Assembly: GCA_951406725.2 (NCBI GenBank)
Contig: OX597842.1
Coordinates: forward strand, 3,410,001-3,474,000
DNA length: 64,000 nucleotides
Reading direction: 5' to 3'
Origin: Octopus vulgaris
Lineage: Eukaryota
Of the stretch, positions 42,690 through 57,164 are shown piece after piece. How positions within the stretch are numbered: the stretch's first letter is position 1; each line of letters opens with the position of its first letter. The notes beneath the pieces were generated by a model. It ran no database searches. It saw only the letters and a program-made list of their open reading frames with translations, and was not told the origin of the DNA. A program made the position numbers and the translations under genes.

Positions 42690-43443
42690 GAGATATACAC
42701 ACAAATATACACTTTTACACCTTCCATCCCGTAAATCATACGCACACAAATACACACATATACACAAACACCACCCACAGAAACACACATACATACACCC
42801 TCGTGCATATATATATATATATACTACCTACGCTTATCTGCTTAGCTATTCAACCGTCTGTCCCTCACACCCTTGGTATATATTTGTTATCACTTCGCTC
42901 ATTTGGTGGTTATTACCACCGTTGCTATTGTCCCTACCGTTGTTGTTGGCGGTAAAACCCTGCCTCCGCCACCGCCAGCAATTTCTATTCAACTATCAAG
43001 TTATAAACGAGATGTTACATGGCAAGACCTCACAAAACACTCACAAAACAAAAGACCACCAGCTTGATTATATCACTAGAGTTGGTAATTATGATAAATG
43101 ACAGCAGATATTGATAAAAGAGATTGCTTTGGCGAGCGAGGCCTTTGCTAACATCACGTCTCTTGTAAAATACTAAGCGTCGCGCATTAAATTTTGAGAC
43201 CGATATGAATGGTGGGAGAAAATTGATACAAAGGAGATAAAAATAAGACATAAACAGTCATTGCTTGCGCTTGTAGATGTGTTTTTCTGAGGATCTCTTG
43301 TATGAGCGTATTTCTGTTCTTGTGTGTAAATATATATAAGTACATATATAAATATATATATATATATATATCCATATATATATATATATAAATATCCATA
43401 TAAATATATATATACATATATATATACATATATATATACATAC

Positions 43444-43533
<90 letters not shown>

Positions 43534-43657
43534 GTATGTATGTGTATACGCATAAGGAGGGAGAGATCTCTGTATAGATATGTACATACTTTCATCTATA
43601 TACATACGAGGACACATAGATAATAACAAAACGCATATGTACATATGTGTGTATGTG

Positions 43658-43697
<40 letters not shown>

Positions 43698-43934
43698 TAT
43701 GTATGCATATATATATAGTAGTTGTAGGAATAGAATAAATATATCATAAATATAGTCTATATAGTAGAGAAGTAAATGAATATATATACATACACATGTA
43801 TATATAAATGTTTGCATACATGTAATGTATGTATGAGTGCGTGCATGTCTGTGTAGATGTGTGTGTAAGTGTGTGTGTAAGTGTGGGCGGGTGTATGAGG
43901 ATATGTGTCCATATGGGTATGGACATATATATGT

Positions 43935-43979
<45 letters not shown>

Positions 43980-44215
43980 CATATAAATGTATATATACAT
44001 ATATATATATATGTCCATATAAAATATTTTAATATACATATATTGTGTACACACTCACTCACACAGACACATACACACACACATACACACATATATATAT
44101 ATACATATAACTTATATATATCTACATATATAAAATAAACTTGTATATATATGTGTGTGTATGTGTGCGTGCATATTGCATATCTGAATGTACATGTATG
44201 TATATATACATATCT

Positions 44216-44263
<48 letters not shown>

Positions 44264-44419
44264 GAACGTACGCATCACTGTATACACACACGTGTGTGTG
44301 TGTGTTTCAAATATAAAACACGTGTATTTAATATGAAATGTTTTCAGTACATTTTACGGTTTAAACATACCATCAAACCGTCAGATAGTTTTAGGGGTGA
44401 ATTGTTCGTGTGAACCCCT

Positions 44420-45200
44420 AACAGGGAAGAAAGAGGCAGCGATAAATTCGAAATATTATTTGAAGAATGATTGAAAGGATGAGGAGAGAGAGAGAGAGAG
44501 AGAAGAGAACGTGAAAAAATAGTGAGAAATAGAGAGGGGTATAGAGAGGGTGAAAGAGAAGGAGAGAGTGTTAGAGCGGAGTGGACGATAGATAGCAAGG
44601 TTCCAGGAGAGGGAGAGAGAGAGAGAGAGAGCAATCAAGGGAAAGAGAGACAAATAGAGTGACAGAGAGAAATAGGAGAATGGAAGACACAAAAAGGATT
44701 AAGAGGGGGGTGTCATATAAAGAGAAAGAAAGAGAAAGACAACGTAACCGGGAGACAGAAAGGGTAAGAGAGAGAGATAAATAGGGAGAGAGAAGGAGCG
44801 GGAGAGAGAGTTGGAGTGATACTGATAGAGTAATTGAGAGTCAGAAAAATGAGAGAGGGGTGAGGGGACAGACTAAGAAAAAGAAAGAGAAACAGTGAAA
44901 ACAAAGAGAGAGACAGAGAGAAAGGGTGAAAGCAGAGAGAGAGAAACACATAAAGTGTTGGAGAAAGATAGAGGGAGAAGGTAGTGGTAATGAAATAGAA
45001 AGAGAAAGAGAGGAAGCAACAGAGAGTGAGAGAGAGGAAGAAAGAGAAGGAGAGAGCGACAAAGAGAGAAAGATATGGAGAGAACGAGAGAAAGAACAGA
45101 GTCGGAGAAAATGAGGGGAAATGGAGAGAGAGAGAAAGAAAGAAAGAGTTTGGGCCAAAGAGATGAGACCAATTGGAGAAGAAGACGGAGAAAAGAAGGG
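44420..45200. repeat. Polypurine (GA-rich) tract
   Basis: Visible low complexity. Confidence 0.9.
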
Positions 45201-45282
45201 TGCATGTGTGTGTGGGAGGAGCAAGTGTTTGTGGGAAGGGGGTTGTAAGAGGACAGGGGATATATGTGTTGGTTATGATATT

Positions 45283-45321
<39 letters not shown>

Positions 45322-45925
45322 GTCAATATATGGCGGATATATTTTCTTTATTTGTGAATTAAGACTACCATTGGTTTCATGTTAAGAAGAGTAGGAAAAT
45401 ATCATAGTGTCTTAACAATTTTTCAAGCCAATCGCATGGAGAAAGGTGTTCACCTCCATTTTGGAAAACAAAGGTCTTTACATTTTTATTTTTCCATCCT
45501 GACGACGGTGGCCAGACCAACCCAATGTTTATTTGATTCAATTGCTGGTTGTGTATTCTGGTGAGCTACGTCTGCCAAAATTATGAACTAACTCTGAAAC
45601 ACCTGTCAGACTACCTACTCCTCTTTAATTTTCTGTGTCTTTATATTCTGTGTAAGTTTTCTTTGTTAATATATAAATATCTATATATTTATACTTGAAT
45701 ATTCATCGTCTGGAAAATATGTTTGGTTTCTCTCTATTTACATGTATACATGCATATATATTTTGTTTCTTTGCATCATTTTCTCTCTCTCTCACACACA
45801 CACTCTCTCTCTCTCTCTCTTTCTTTCTAGATATATGTATGCGTGTATATATTTATGTATATATATATGTGTGTGTGTGTGTGTGTTTGTGTGTGCATGT
45901 GTGTGAATGTGTGAGTATATGTATA

Positions 45926-46115
45926 TTCTTTTGTTCTTTTACTTGTTTCAGTCATTTAACTGCGGCCAAGCTGGAGCACCACCTTTAGTCGAGAAAATCT
46001 TAGTACTTATTCTATCTGTTTCTCCGCCGAACCGCCAAGTTACGGGGACGCAAACACACCAGCATCGGTTGTCAAGCGATGTTAGGGGGACAAACACAGA
46101 CACACAAACATATAT

Positions 46116-46171
<56 letters not shown>

Positions 46172-46333
46172 GATGGGTTTCTTTCAGTTTCCGTCCACCA
46201 AATCCACTCACAAGGGTTTGGTCGGCCCGAGGCTATAGTAGATGATACTTGCCGAAGGTGCCACGCAGTGAGACTGAACCCAGAACCATGTGGTTGTTAA
46301 GCAAGCTTTTTACCACACAGCCTCTCCTGCGCC
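45926..46333 (-). mobile_element. SINE family A
   Basis: Reverse-complement full copy. Confidence 0.9.
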
Positions 46334-48051
46334 TATACATATATATTTTTGTATATTTAACCCAAGTAGTTTTATTTATATATTTGCATCATTCTTTCTC
46401 TCACTCTCTCTTTCTAGATATATATATGTATAAGTATATACATCTGTGTGTGTGTGTGTGTGTTAATATTTCGCTTGGGCATAGCGATATTAATGAACTT
46501 GTATTTGAACTCAATATACATAGTGAGTTCAGAATAAGGCGTTATTCGAGTACAGAGCGTGGTATGAAATTCAGTAAACAGCAGAACAATGAACTGGTCA
46601 AGTTCATTGCATAATGAACTTCACTAACTTACAGTTGTTTCTGCTATAAAACTCAATGCACTGGGATCGATTCGATCAAGGAAAATCTTCAAGCTGCTGA
46701 TACACCTGGGCCACAGTCTAATGACAGAAAGAAGTAACAGATTAATTTATATGTACACACACGCGCACACACACACACACACATAAACACACACAAACAC
46801 ACACACGTATACAAACACACACACACATACACAAACACACACACACACAAACACACACACACACCAACACACACATACACAAACACACAGGCACACATAC
46901 ACAAATACACACACACACAAACACACATAAACACACACACGCAGACATACAAACACACACACATACACAAACACACACATACACAAATACACACACACAT
47001 ACACAAACACACACATACACACACACACACACACACATACATACACACACATACACAAATACACACACATACACAAACACACACACATACACAAATACAC
47101 ACACACACACAAACGTCTAAGTACTCAACAGGGGAAAATCAATGAAAGTGATATGAAAGCTCAGACAAATACGGGGGAAATTGCTTTGTGTATATACATA
47201 GTGTGTGTGTGTATAATATATGTATATATATACATATATACACACACACACACATATATACATGTATGTATGTATATATATACATATATACATATATATA
47301 CAGTATATATATTCACTCTCAAACATGGCTGCGTGCGCTTAACGCATCTACAAATGATAACGTGTATGTATGTTAATGTGTGTTAGCGTGTGTGTGTGCG
47401 CGCGTGTGTTGGTGGGTGTATATGAAGAGATGACATTGATAGGTGTTGTATTACCCAGACGCGATCAATCCCTTCAATAGGTATTGATTGGAATCCGAAA
47501 CTTGCTTTCAAACCTTTTTTGCTTTCTCTATCTCCCTGTGTGGCAACGTTATCTCAACTCCATTATAGATTCGCTTCTCGGTTTTTAACGATATACAACT
47601 TTATATATATATATATATGTGTGTGTGTGAGTGTGTATGGCTTAGTGGTTGGGGCGTCAGCATCATGATCGTAAGATTGTGGTTTCGATTCCTGGACTGG
47701 GCGACGCGTTTTGTTCTTAAGCAAAATACTTATTTCACGTTGCTCCAGTCCACTCAGCTGGCAAAAATGAGTAATGCTGCGATGGACTGGCGTCTCGTCC
47801 AGCTGGGGAACACATACGCCATGTATTTATGCGTGTCTTTGTTTCCCTACCATCGCTTCACACTCGAGGTTGGTGTGTTTACGTCCCCGTAACCTAGAGG
47901 TTCGGCATAAGACACCGATACAATAAATACTCGGCATAGAAAAAAATTGGTTCTGGGGTCGATTTCTTCGACTAAAAATCCTTTAAAGCGGTGCTACAGC
48001 ATGGCCGCAATCAAACGACTAAAACAAATAAAACAATGAAAATAAAAAATA

Positions 48052-48097
<46 letters not shown>

Positions 48098-48254
48098 GAG
48101 AGAGAGAGGGGGGGAGAAAGAGGGAAAGAGAGAGGGGGAGAGAGAGTAGGGTGGAAATGGAGATATATATCCTTTATCGTTAAACGCACGCACAAGCATA
48201 TACATACAAACACACAAACATGTATATATACATGTATTTTTATATATGTGCATA

Positions 48255-49006
48255 TCTATATATATAAAACTCTAGTTGTGTGAGTGTCTGTCCCCTTCGA
48301 TTTAGATTCCTAACTACTCCCACATTTTGCGGTGCAGTTTAACCAAATTCGGGTATCTTATAGTCGTGATTCATATCTGTTTCTTTACTACCCACAAGGG
48401 GCTAAACATAGAGGGGACAAACAAGGACAGACAAACGGATTAAGTCGATTATATCGACCCCAGTGCGTAACTGGTACTTAATTTATCGACCCCGAAAGGA
48501 TGAAAGGCAAAGTCGACCTCGGCTGAATTTGAACTCAGAACGTAACGGCAGACGAAATACGGTTACGCATTTCGCCCGACGTGCTAACGTTTCTGCCAGC
48601 TCGCCGTCGTGATTCATATCGAGCCCGTCTGAGTATTAGCGCACGTCTACGATGAGTCTACGATTTTTAAAATAATTTAACATCATTTTTTATTCCATTT
48701 TAATGCATAATTTTTCGTGTGTCGATGGCGGCGGAGTTGGCGTCCATGGTCACACCTGCACCTGTTTGCTTCTCCCCCTTCCCTCCCTCGTGAAGCTGTG
48801 GGGAAGGGAGTGTAAGGAAATCAACGTCGTAAAGCGTTGTCAAGGAGACCAGCGTTCTTTTAGAACAACGACTTCATGGCTTGAAGACACTAAAACAGAA
48901 ATGGCTAAGAAAGCCCGAATTGGCATCTATAAGGGAAGTAACTCTCTAAAAATGCTTATATAGTTATTTCCCTTACAAACCCGAGCAACGCCGGGCGATA
49001 CTGCTA

Positions 49007-49007
<1 letters not shown>
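48255..49007 (+). mobile_element. Non-autonomous Helitron
   Basis: 5' a|TCTATATATATAAAA, a subterminal hairpin CCCGagcaacgcCGGG (48980-48995) and a 3' CTAG|t. Inserted between A and T with no TSD. Confidence 0.85.
48378..48605 (-). mobile_element. SINE family B with a 15-bp target-site duplication
   Basis: GTCGTGATTCATATC at 48363-48377 and 48606-48620. Confidence 0.95.
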
Positions 49008-49050
<43 letters not shown>

Positions 49051-49272
49051 ACATATTTGTTTATATATGTCTATATAGGTCCAGAAGCGGCTGTGTTGTA
49101 AGTAGCTTACTTAACAACCACATAGTTCTGGGTTCAGTCCCACTGCATGACACCTTCGGTAAGAGCATGTTGTTCCGTTGATCAAATGAACTGGAACACT
49201 CTTCGTTGTTGTGTCCGTGCAACAATCACTTTGTCCAGATCTACATAGACTCACATATCGTAATTTCCTTTA

Positions 49273-49310
49273 CTTCTGATGATCGGCTTTTGTGCTCGAA
49301 ATACATAAAG
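49273..49310 (+). ncRNA. Hammerhead motif with canonical core and decayed stems
   Basis: ctt-CTGATGA-tcggcttttgtgctc-GAAA-taca-TA-aag. Confidence 0.5.
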
Positions 49311-49399
49311 GTTACTTAACGTACCCTTATCTGATTGTTAGAGGCACACCTTTCTTTCATTTTTGTTATTTTGCTTTTGTATCGAAATGCTTTAAGCAA

Positions 49400-49625
49400 A
49401 CCACAACAGTCTACATTTCTTTCTGTTTCTTCTACTAACATATTCAGGCAAATTTTTGTCATACGAGAGCTCCCTTGTAATGTCATTTTCTAGAGACAAT
49501 ATGGATAAAGAATTTAAGCGCTCTTCAGTCACGCTAGACCGAAATTTGTTAACTTTCAGATAGCTTTGAGAAATTCCTTTCAGCTTCACAGCTCGAGGTA
49601 GACATTGTCAAGTACAGTTTGAGCT
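49400..49625 (-). mobile_element. hAT transposase C-terminal dimerisation-domain remnant
   Basis: LYLTMSTSSCEAERNFSKL...NKFRSSVTEERLNSLSILSLENDI matches the hATC ER.FS / R....ERLN.L pattern. Confidence 0.85.
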
Positions 49626-50308
49626 CAAGTGCAGGAGAAATAGCGGAAAGCAGCGATGTGGCTGAAGCGGTAGTACGTTGAGCAAAATGCTAAGCTGCCT
49701 TTCTTCCGTCTTTACGTACTGAGTTCAAATTTCGCCAGATCCAAACGAGCGTAGAGACATTACTTTTTCCATTATAAGATTTATCTAATTTGATTGATGT
49801 ACTAATGTAATCTTATAATAATTCTGCGTGAGGATAGTGATTGGATAGTAAAAAGTATATTTATTTTTAATTGAACTAAGTCTTTTGTATCACCTATCAC
49901 TTAACGAATGTACATAAGTGCAATTCCACGAAATATTTACACTTATTTACTTGCAATTTAATTGAAAGTTGTATCATATATACGAGATATTTTTATTTTT
50001 GTTTATGGGGGAAAATGGAAAAATAAGAGTGAATATCTATTTTATGAGTGCTGTGTATTATAAAATTGTGCATAAGGTATATAAAGACTATATATAAAGT
50101 GCATTAAGTAATCGTCGTATTCCAATTTCATTCACTTTTCAATGAGTTGCAGATGAACGACTATCTTTCCAGACAGACACAACAAAGGTTACGCTTTCGG
50201 GTCTTTTGGATACAGATTTATGAAATAATCCAATAGTTTTACCATTAATTCCGTGAAATATTCACGGGTCTCGTTTGTAGTAACCATTATTAGTAGAGCT
50301 GTGTTTAA

Positions 50309-50657
50309 GGTGGCGGTCTGGCAGAATCGTTAACCTGCCAAGCAAAATACTTAGCGGCATTTCGTCAGGACTTTACGCTGTGAGTACAAATTCCGGCAGC
50401 TCCACTTTGCCTTTCATTCTTTTGGGGTCGATAACATAAATAGAAGTTGAGATCTGGGGTTGATGTAATCGACTAGACCCACTCTCCCAAAATTTCAAGC
50501 ATTTTGCCTTTAATAGAGAGGATTATTATTGTTGTGTTCAAGATGGCGAGTTGACAGAATAGTTGACACCCTGGGAAAAGTGCTTAGCGACATTTTGATG
50601 CTCTTCACGTTCTGAGTTCAAATTACGCCGGGTTCGACTTTACCTTTCATCCTTTCG
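50309..50657 (+). mobile_element. Two tandem degenerate SINE family B copies
   Basis: Two heads (ggcggtctggcagaatcg and ggcgagttgacagaatag), each followed by cctttcat. Confidence 0.8.
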
Positions 50658-50679
50658 AAACCGTAAAACAAGTCCCACC

Positions 50680-50935
50680 ACCCATAGGACGTCGATCTCT
50701 CCCCAATTTTTACTTTCGATACCCTCCGACCCAAATAGGTCGACAGGAGCATCAGCTCGTTCATTTTTAGGGGCACTGTGGAGGGTTCTTTTACTTCGCC
50801 TTCCGAAGTGAACCTCACCTCCACAGTGCAATATTTTTTCCCTCTGACCACGTAAATGATTTTTTCCAATATGGGTTGTAGACACTTTTCGATGGTTTCT
50901 TTCACCACGTGGTCAATTTTTCTTTGATTTAATGG
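50680..50935 (-). mobile_element. Possible LINE ORF1 (gag-like) fragment
   Basis: Non-repetitive reading frame (..RGKKYCTVEVRF..YLGRRVSKVKIG) abutting SINEs. The family assignment is tentative. Confidence 0.3.
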
Positions 50936-51365
50936 ACTGAACGCGGAGCATTGTGGTTAGGAATCAACTTTCTTACCACACGGCCATTCTTGCACCTATG
51001 TACGTGGACAGTTGTTGAACTGATGATTATTAAGCCCGAAACACATGTCCACGACTCTCCTCTTGTCACCAGACAATAAAGTTGTTCCTTTCGTTAATGG
51101 TATATCAGCTTTGGGGACTATTTGGTTCTCAAGTAGACCTCGTCGTAATTACCGTTTGGAGGTGATTTTAATCAATTATGAAGCTTTACTTGTATGGTGT
51201 TTGATATACCTGTATTTGTTATATATATTCGTGCATATGTGCGCGCGCGGTGTATATGTGCGTGCGTATACATAGACAAAGTGCCATGCTGTGGGATGTG
51301 GGACTGAACGTGGAATCAAGTGTTTAGCAAACGAACTTCTAAACTGCATAACCGCACTTCTGCTC

Positions 51366-51428
<63 letters not shown>

Positions 51429-51491
51429 CTTTTTCTCTGTCTCCTGCAGTTTCTGAGTGGGGCAAAGTATCTCCGATTTTAATTTCCCTCC

Positions 51492-51554
<63 letters not shown>

Positions 51555-51591
51555 GATTATATATATATATAGATTATATATATATATATAC

Positions 51592-51638
<47 letters not shown>

Positions 51639-51675
51639 AATATATATATATATATGTATGTATATATATATACAG

Positions 51676-51719
<44 letters not shown>

Positions 51720-51850
51720 CACATACACACCCATACCTGCGTACTTCCGTATACGTAGCGTGAGGCAATATGTAGGCAGTTTTGTGTATGTCATTTTATC
51801 TACAGTATCTTCATCACTTCTTTTAATAGCATATCCTATTCCCATCCGAG

Positions 51851-51890
<40 letters not shown>

Positions 51891-52074
51891 TACATACGTA
51901 CACACACACGCCTACGCACGAGCACACAAAATTCGCTGCTAGCGATCAGGTTTCAATTTATGTCTGTTTAACATACAGTTTTACTACCGTGTCATTGCTT
52001 GTATTTTATGGTGAATTTCGATGCCGCTATTACCGTTACTACTGCTACTACTACTACTACTACTACTACTGCGC

Positions 52075-52578
52075 ATTATCTAAGGTATAGTATAGTAATT
52101 AATATTGGTTTTCATATAGCTCTGGCTGTTGTTGTTTAGCCCCCAGTCGGTCGTGATCCAGACACACCTATGATCAAAAAGTTCCAGCAGTGGCCATCCC
52201 ATGATCAAAAATGTTCCACCAGTGGCCATCAAAAATGTTCCACCAGTGACCATCCCATCTTTTATTCAGACATAGGGCATCTATGTATAGTATAGGAGTT
52301 AATAGTAATGGGTATGGTTGTTGTTTAACCCCAGGTCAGTCCTCATCCAGATAGACCTATGATCAAAGATGTTCCACCTGTGACCATCCCATCTTTTATC
52401 AAGACGTAGTGTATCTTGGACTACATTATCTAATGTGTAGTATATAAGTTAATATTAGTTTTGCTATAGTTCTTGTTGTTGTCTAGCCTGCAGACAATCT
52501 AATCCAAATAGACCTATGGTCATAAATTTTCCAGCCGTGGTCATTCCATCTTTTATTCATACATAGGACTACATTATA
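52075..52578. repeat. Diverged tandem triplication of a SINE family C tail plus flank
   Basis: gttgttgt.ta.cc..ag.c...tccag...acctatg.tca.a...ttcca.c.gtg.ccat.ccatcttttat occurs three times. Same family at about 31850-32045 and 53865-53910. Confidence 0.75.
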
Positions 52579-53250
52579 TTTTCTGTTTGGCTGCTACTTT
52601 TCAATTTCCTCAATTTTTGTTCCATTTGATGTCATACTTCGTGTATTGGTGTAGTTTTGTATGATAACCAGTGACACGAAATTCACTTTCACAACAGAGT
52701 TAATAGTGTTGCAAATTTTGGGTAATTTCAGCCAATCAAAAGCCACAGATTCCTGCTTCAAACCAAGCTACTTACTCACATGGTCATTTTTCGTTTAAAC
52801 ACATGAGGTATAAGGTGGTCGTGAGTTGTGTTAAAAATGATAGCTAAGTAGGCCTTAAATCATGCATCAAGTTTCTTTTTTACTGGGATTTTGCAGATCA
52901 GAACTGGGGTCGATGCAATTGACTTAATCCTCCCCTGAAATTACTGGCCTTGTGTCAAAATTTGGAAACCATATTAGCACGGTGGGCAAAATGCTTAGCG
53001 GCATTTCATCCGTTTTAACGTTCGGAGTTCAAATTGTATAAACTCCAGTGTTTAGAATACAAATTCGAAAAAAATCTCTGAAAATTCCAAAACAATAAAA
53101 AAGTTATGAGGAGTTACATGGCGTGAATAAAACGGAATTCCGCCAGAATTTCATTTGTTTTCAGCTGACAAACCCGTGCTGTCACGCAAAAAACGACAGC
53201 TTCCACATTTATATTTTCTCATTAGGTAACAATTATCTAACTTAAAACCT

Positions 53251-53654
53251 CTCTTTTACTCGTTTACTTGTTTCAGTCATTTGACTGCGGCCATGCTGGA
53301 GCACTGCCTTTAGTCGAGCAAATCGACCCCGGGACTTATTCTTTGTAAGCCCAGTACTTATTCTATCGGTCTCTTTTGCCGAACCCCTAGGTGACGGGGA
53401 CGTAAACACACCAGCATCAGTTGTCAAGCGATGCTAGGTCGACAAACACAGACACACAAACATACACACACACACATATATATACATATATACGACAAGC
53501 TTCTTTCAGTTTTCGTCTACCAAATCGACTCACAAGGCATTGGTCGGCCCGAGGCTATAGCAGAAGACACTTGCCCAAGATGCCACGCAGTGGGACTGAA
53601 CCCGGAACCACGTGGTTGGTAAGCCAGCTACTTACCACACAGCCACTCCCGCGC
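53251..53654 (-). mobile_element. SINE family A
   Basis: Reverse-complement full copy. Confidence 0.93.
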
Positions 53655-54049
53655 TTATATATATTTATTTTAATTTCCTGAGATTCAGCGTGGAAAATTA
53701 CATTAATGTATCAAATTTGAAAATGTTCAATTAAATTTAAAATTTCAAAAAGTGACGCCAAACAGAAAAGAACCAAATGTTTTGCATATAGTACTACTTA
53801 AATATAATATTTAGTGTCAATGGTTGTTGTGGCTGTTGTTGTTATTGTTGTTGTTGCTGCTGTCTTTTAGGTTCAGGTCAGTCTTGAAACAAGAGACCTA
53901 TGATCAAATAAAACATGGTCGATAGACAGAGATTGGTTCTCTCGCTCCCTCCCTCTCTCTCTATATATATATATGGGTGTGTGTGTGTGTGTATGTGTGT
54001 GTGTGTGTGTGTGTGTGTATTTGTGTGTGAGTGTATAATAGACGCACAC

Positions 54050-54225
<176 letters not shown>

Positions 54226-54441
54226 GGAAAATATGGTAACTATTTTCCCTAAATATACCAATAAATGATAAAATAATCTTGACAACTTAGTACAAGGTTT
54301 TAATCAAATAGATAACAGAGCAGATATTTTGAAGAGTGTGGGTCAGATGAAATCCCACAAGGCGTCCTTCTCTGAAGTGGAATGGATTTGTGCAAAATAG
54401 AACCCTTTCTCTGCTCAAAGCATGTCAATATAGAGTCAGAA

Positions 54442-55150
54442 GGCAACGAGCTGTCAGAATGGGTAACACGGCAAGCAAAATGCTTAGAACTATTTCGTTG
54501 TTCTGAATTCATATTCCGCCGAGGTCGATTTTGCCTTTCGGAGTTGATAAAATAAGTACCAGTTGAGAACTGGGGTCGATGCAATTGACTTAATCCCTCC
54601 CCCGAATTTACTGGCCTTGTGCCAAACTTTGGGAAATGCTTAGCGGTATTTCGTCTGCCGTTACGTTGTGAGTTCAAATTCCGCCGAGGTCGACTTTGTC
54701 TTTCGATAAATTAAGTACCAGTTACGCACTGGGGTCGATGTAATCGACTTAATACCTATGTCTGTCCTTGTTTGTCCCCTCTATGTTTAGCCCCTTGTGG
54801 GTAATAAAGAAATAGATATTTCGTCTGCCACGACATTCTGAGTTCAGATTCCGCCGAGGTCGACTTTGCCTTTCATCCTTTCGGGTTCGATTAAATAAGT
54901 ACCAGTTACGCACTGGGGTCAATGTAATCGACTTAATCCGTTTGTCTGTCCTTGTTTGTCCTCTCTGTGTTTAACCCCTTGTGGGTAGTAGAGAAATAGG
55001 TATTTCATCCGTTTTAACGTACGGAGCTCAAATTCCGCCGCGACCGACTTCGCCTTTCGTCATTTCAGGGTCGAGAAAATACGTACCAGTTGAGGACTGG
55101 GCTCGATGTAATCGACTTACCAATTCCTTCGAACTTGTACCAAAAATTAG
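54442..55150 (+). mobile_element. SINE family B multimer (about 4 bodies)
   Basis: Junctions gaaatagatatttc (54809) and gaaataggtatttc (54993), 184 bp apart. Confidence 0.9.
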
Positions 55151-55281
55151 AAAGCAATGTAGGGAGTCACGACAGGAAATAGAGTCAAACCGTTTGTCTT
55201 GGAGACATGCTGTGAAGGCGGAGATGTGAAAACAAATCGTGGGAGATCCAGATATCAGCTTCGGGCAGTAAAGAGAGACAA

Positions 55282-55337
<56 letters not shown>

Positions 55338-55834
55338 ACGTGTGCGCGGTGGGGGTTTTGGGTTCTCGACACGACGGCTTTGGTCTTTAATCATCGGTGA
55401 CTGCAAAATAAAATTACGGAGATTTTCGTATAAGACTTGTTTACTTTGTTACCGCATACGACGGGGTCGGTTTAATGAGGGCTTAGAAATACAGGGAGAG
55501 GGCAGGGGGTTGGAGGACACGAAGAAAGAGAAGAAGCAGGTGTGTGTGTATATGTGTGTTTGTGTGTGTGTGTGTGTAAAATGTATATAACTTGCATACC
55601 ACAGTTTGTTTATATGCATATATACTCACATATATATACATATATATATACACACATATATACGAGTGCATATAATGACATAAATGTGTGTGTGAGTGTG
55701 TGTGAGAGTGTGTGTATGTGTGTGTGTGTTTGTGTGTGTGTATGTGTGTGTGTGTGTCTACGCATAAATATCGGTGTAAATTTTCTTTCGAAAATATGTA
55801 GTGATAGATTAAAAATATATCTCTGCACACATAA

Positions 55835-55865
<31 letters not shown>

Positions 55866-55917
55866 TAAATAAATATAAATATACATATATATATATATAT
55901 GTATATGTGTATGTATA

Positions 55918-56030
<113 letters not shown>

Positions 56031-56041
56031 GTGTATGTATA

Positions 56042-56094
<53 letters not shown>

Positions 56095-56099
56095 GTATG

Positions 56100-56149
<50 letters not shown>

Positions 56150-56700
56150 TATGTAGTATGATTTAAAATAACTAGTACTCTGTTGTTTACGTCGACGAAC
56201 GTTGAAGTTGATCCGATCAATGGAACAGCCTGCTCGTAAAATTAACGTGCAAGTGGCTGAGTGCTCCACAGACACGCGTACTCTTAATATAGTTCTCGGG
56301 TGGATTCAGCATGACACAGAATGTGACAAGGTTCTCTAAATTTTTGCCAGTTAAGTGGAGTGGAGCAACATGAAATAAACTTACTCCAGAATAAATGGCG
56401 CTATCGGATATTTGTACAAAATCACACAGCAGGGAGGAGGAAAAAGAGTAGTATAAGTGAAGAGAGACGAGAGAAAATAGCAATTCAGTGAAGGAGAAGT
56501 AGTGAGAGTAATAGCCCTGACTGAGAGAGAGAGTGAGAGAAAGTAATATCAATGAGAGAAAGGAAGTGGCAAAGAGCGCGTCGTGTATCCTCTGTTTTTC
56601 TCCGTCTCAACATGAGTGAGAAAGGAAGGGGTGAGAGATGAATAACGGAGGAAGGAGTGGAAAATATCAGCGTTTCAACTCTATGTGAGTATTGGTATTC

Positions 56701-56942
56701 TCTTTCTCTTTCTCTTTTCTCTTTTACTTGTTTCAGTCATTTGACTGCGGCCATGCTGGAGCACCGCCTTTAGTCGAGCAAATCGACCCCAGGACATATT
56801 CTTTGTAAGCCCAGTACTTATTCTATCGGTCTCTTTTGCCGAACCGCTAAGTGACGGGGACGTAAACACACCAGCATCGGTTGTCAAGCAATGCTAGGGG
56901 GGCAAACACACATACACAAACACACACACATACACACACACG

Positions 56943-57001
<59 letters not shown>

Positions 57002-57164
57002 TACGATAGGCTTCTTTCAGTTTCCGTCTACCAAATCCACTCACAAGGCATTGGTCGGCCCGGGGCTATAGCAGAAGACACTTGCCCAAGATACCACGCA
57101 GTGGGACTGAACCCGGAACCATGTGGTTGGTTAGCAAGCTACTTACCACACAGCCACTCCTGCG
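56701..57164 (-). mobile_element. SINE family A
   Basis: Reverse-complement full copy. Confidence 0.93.
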
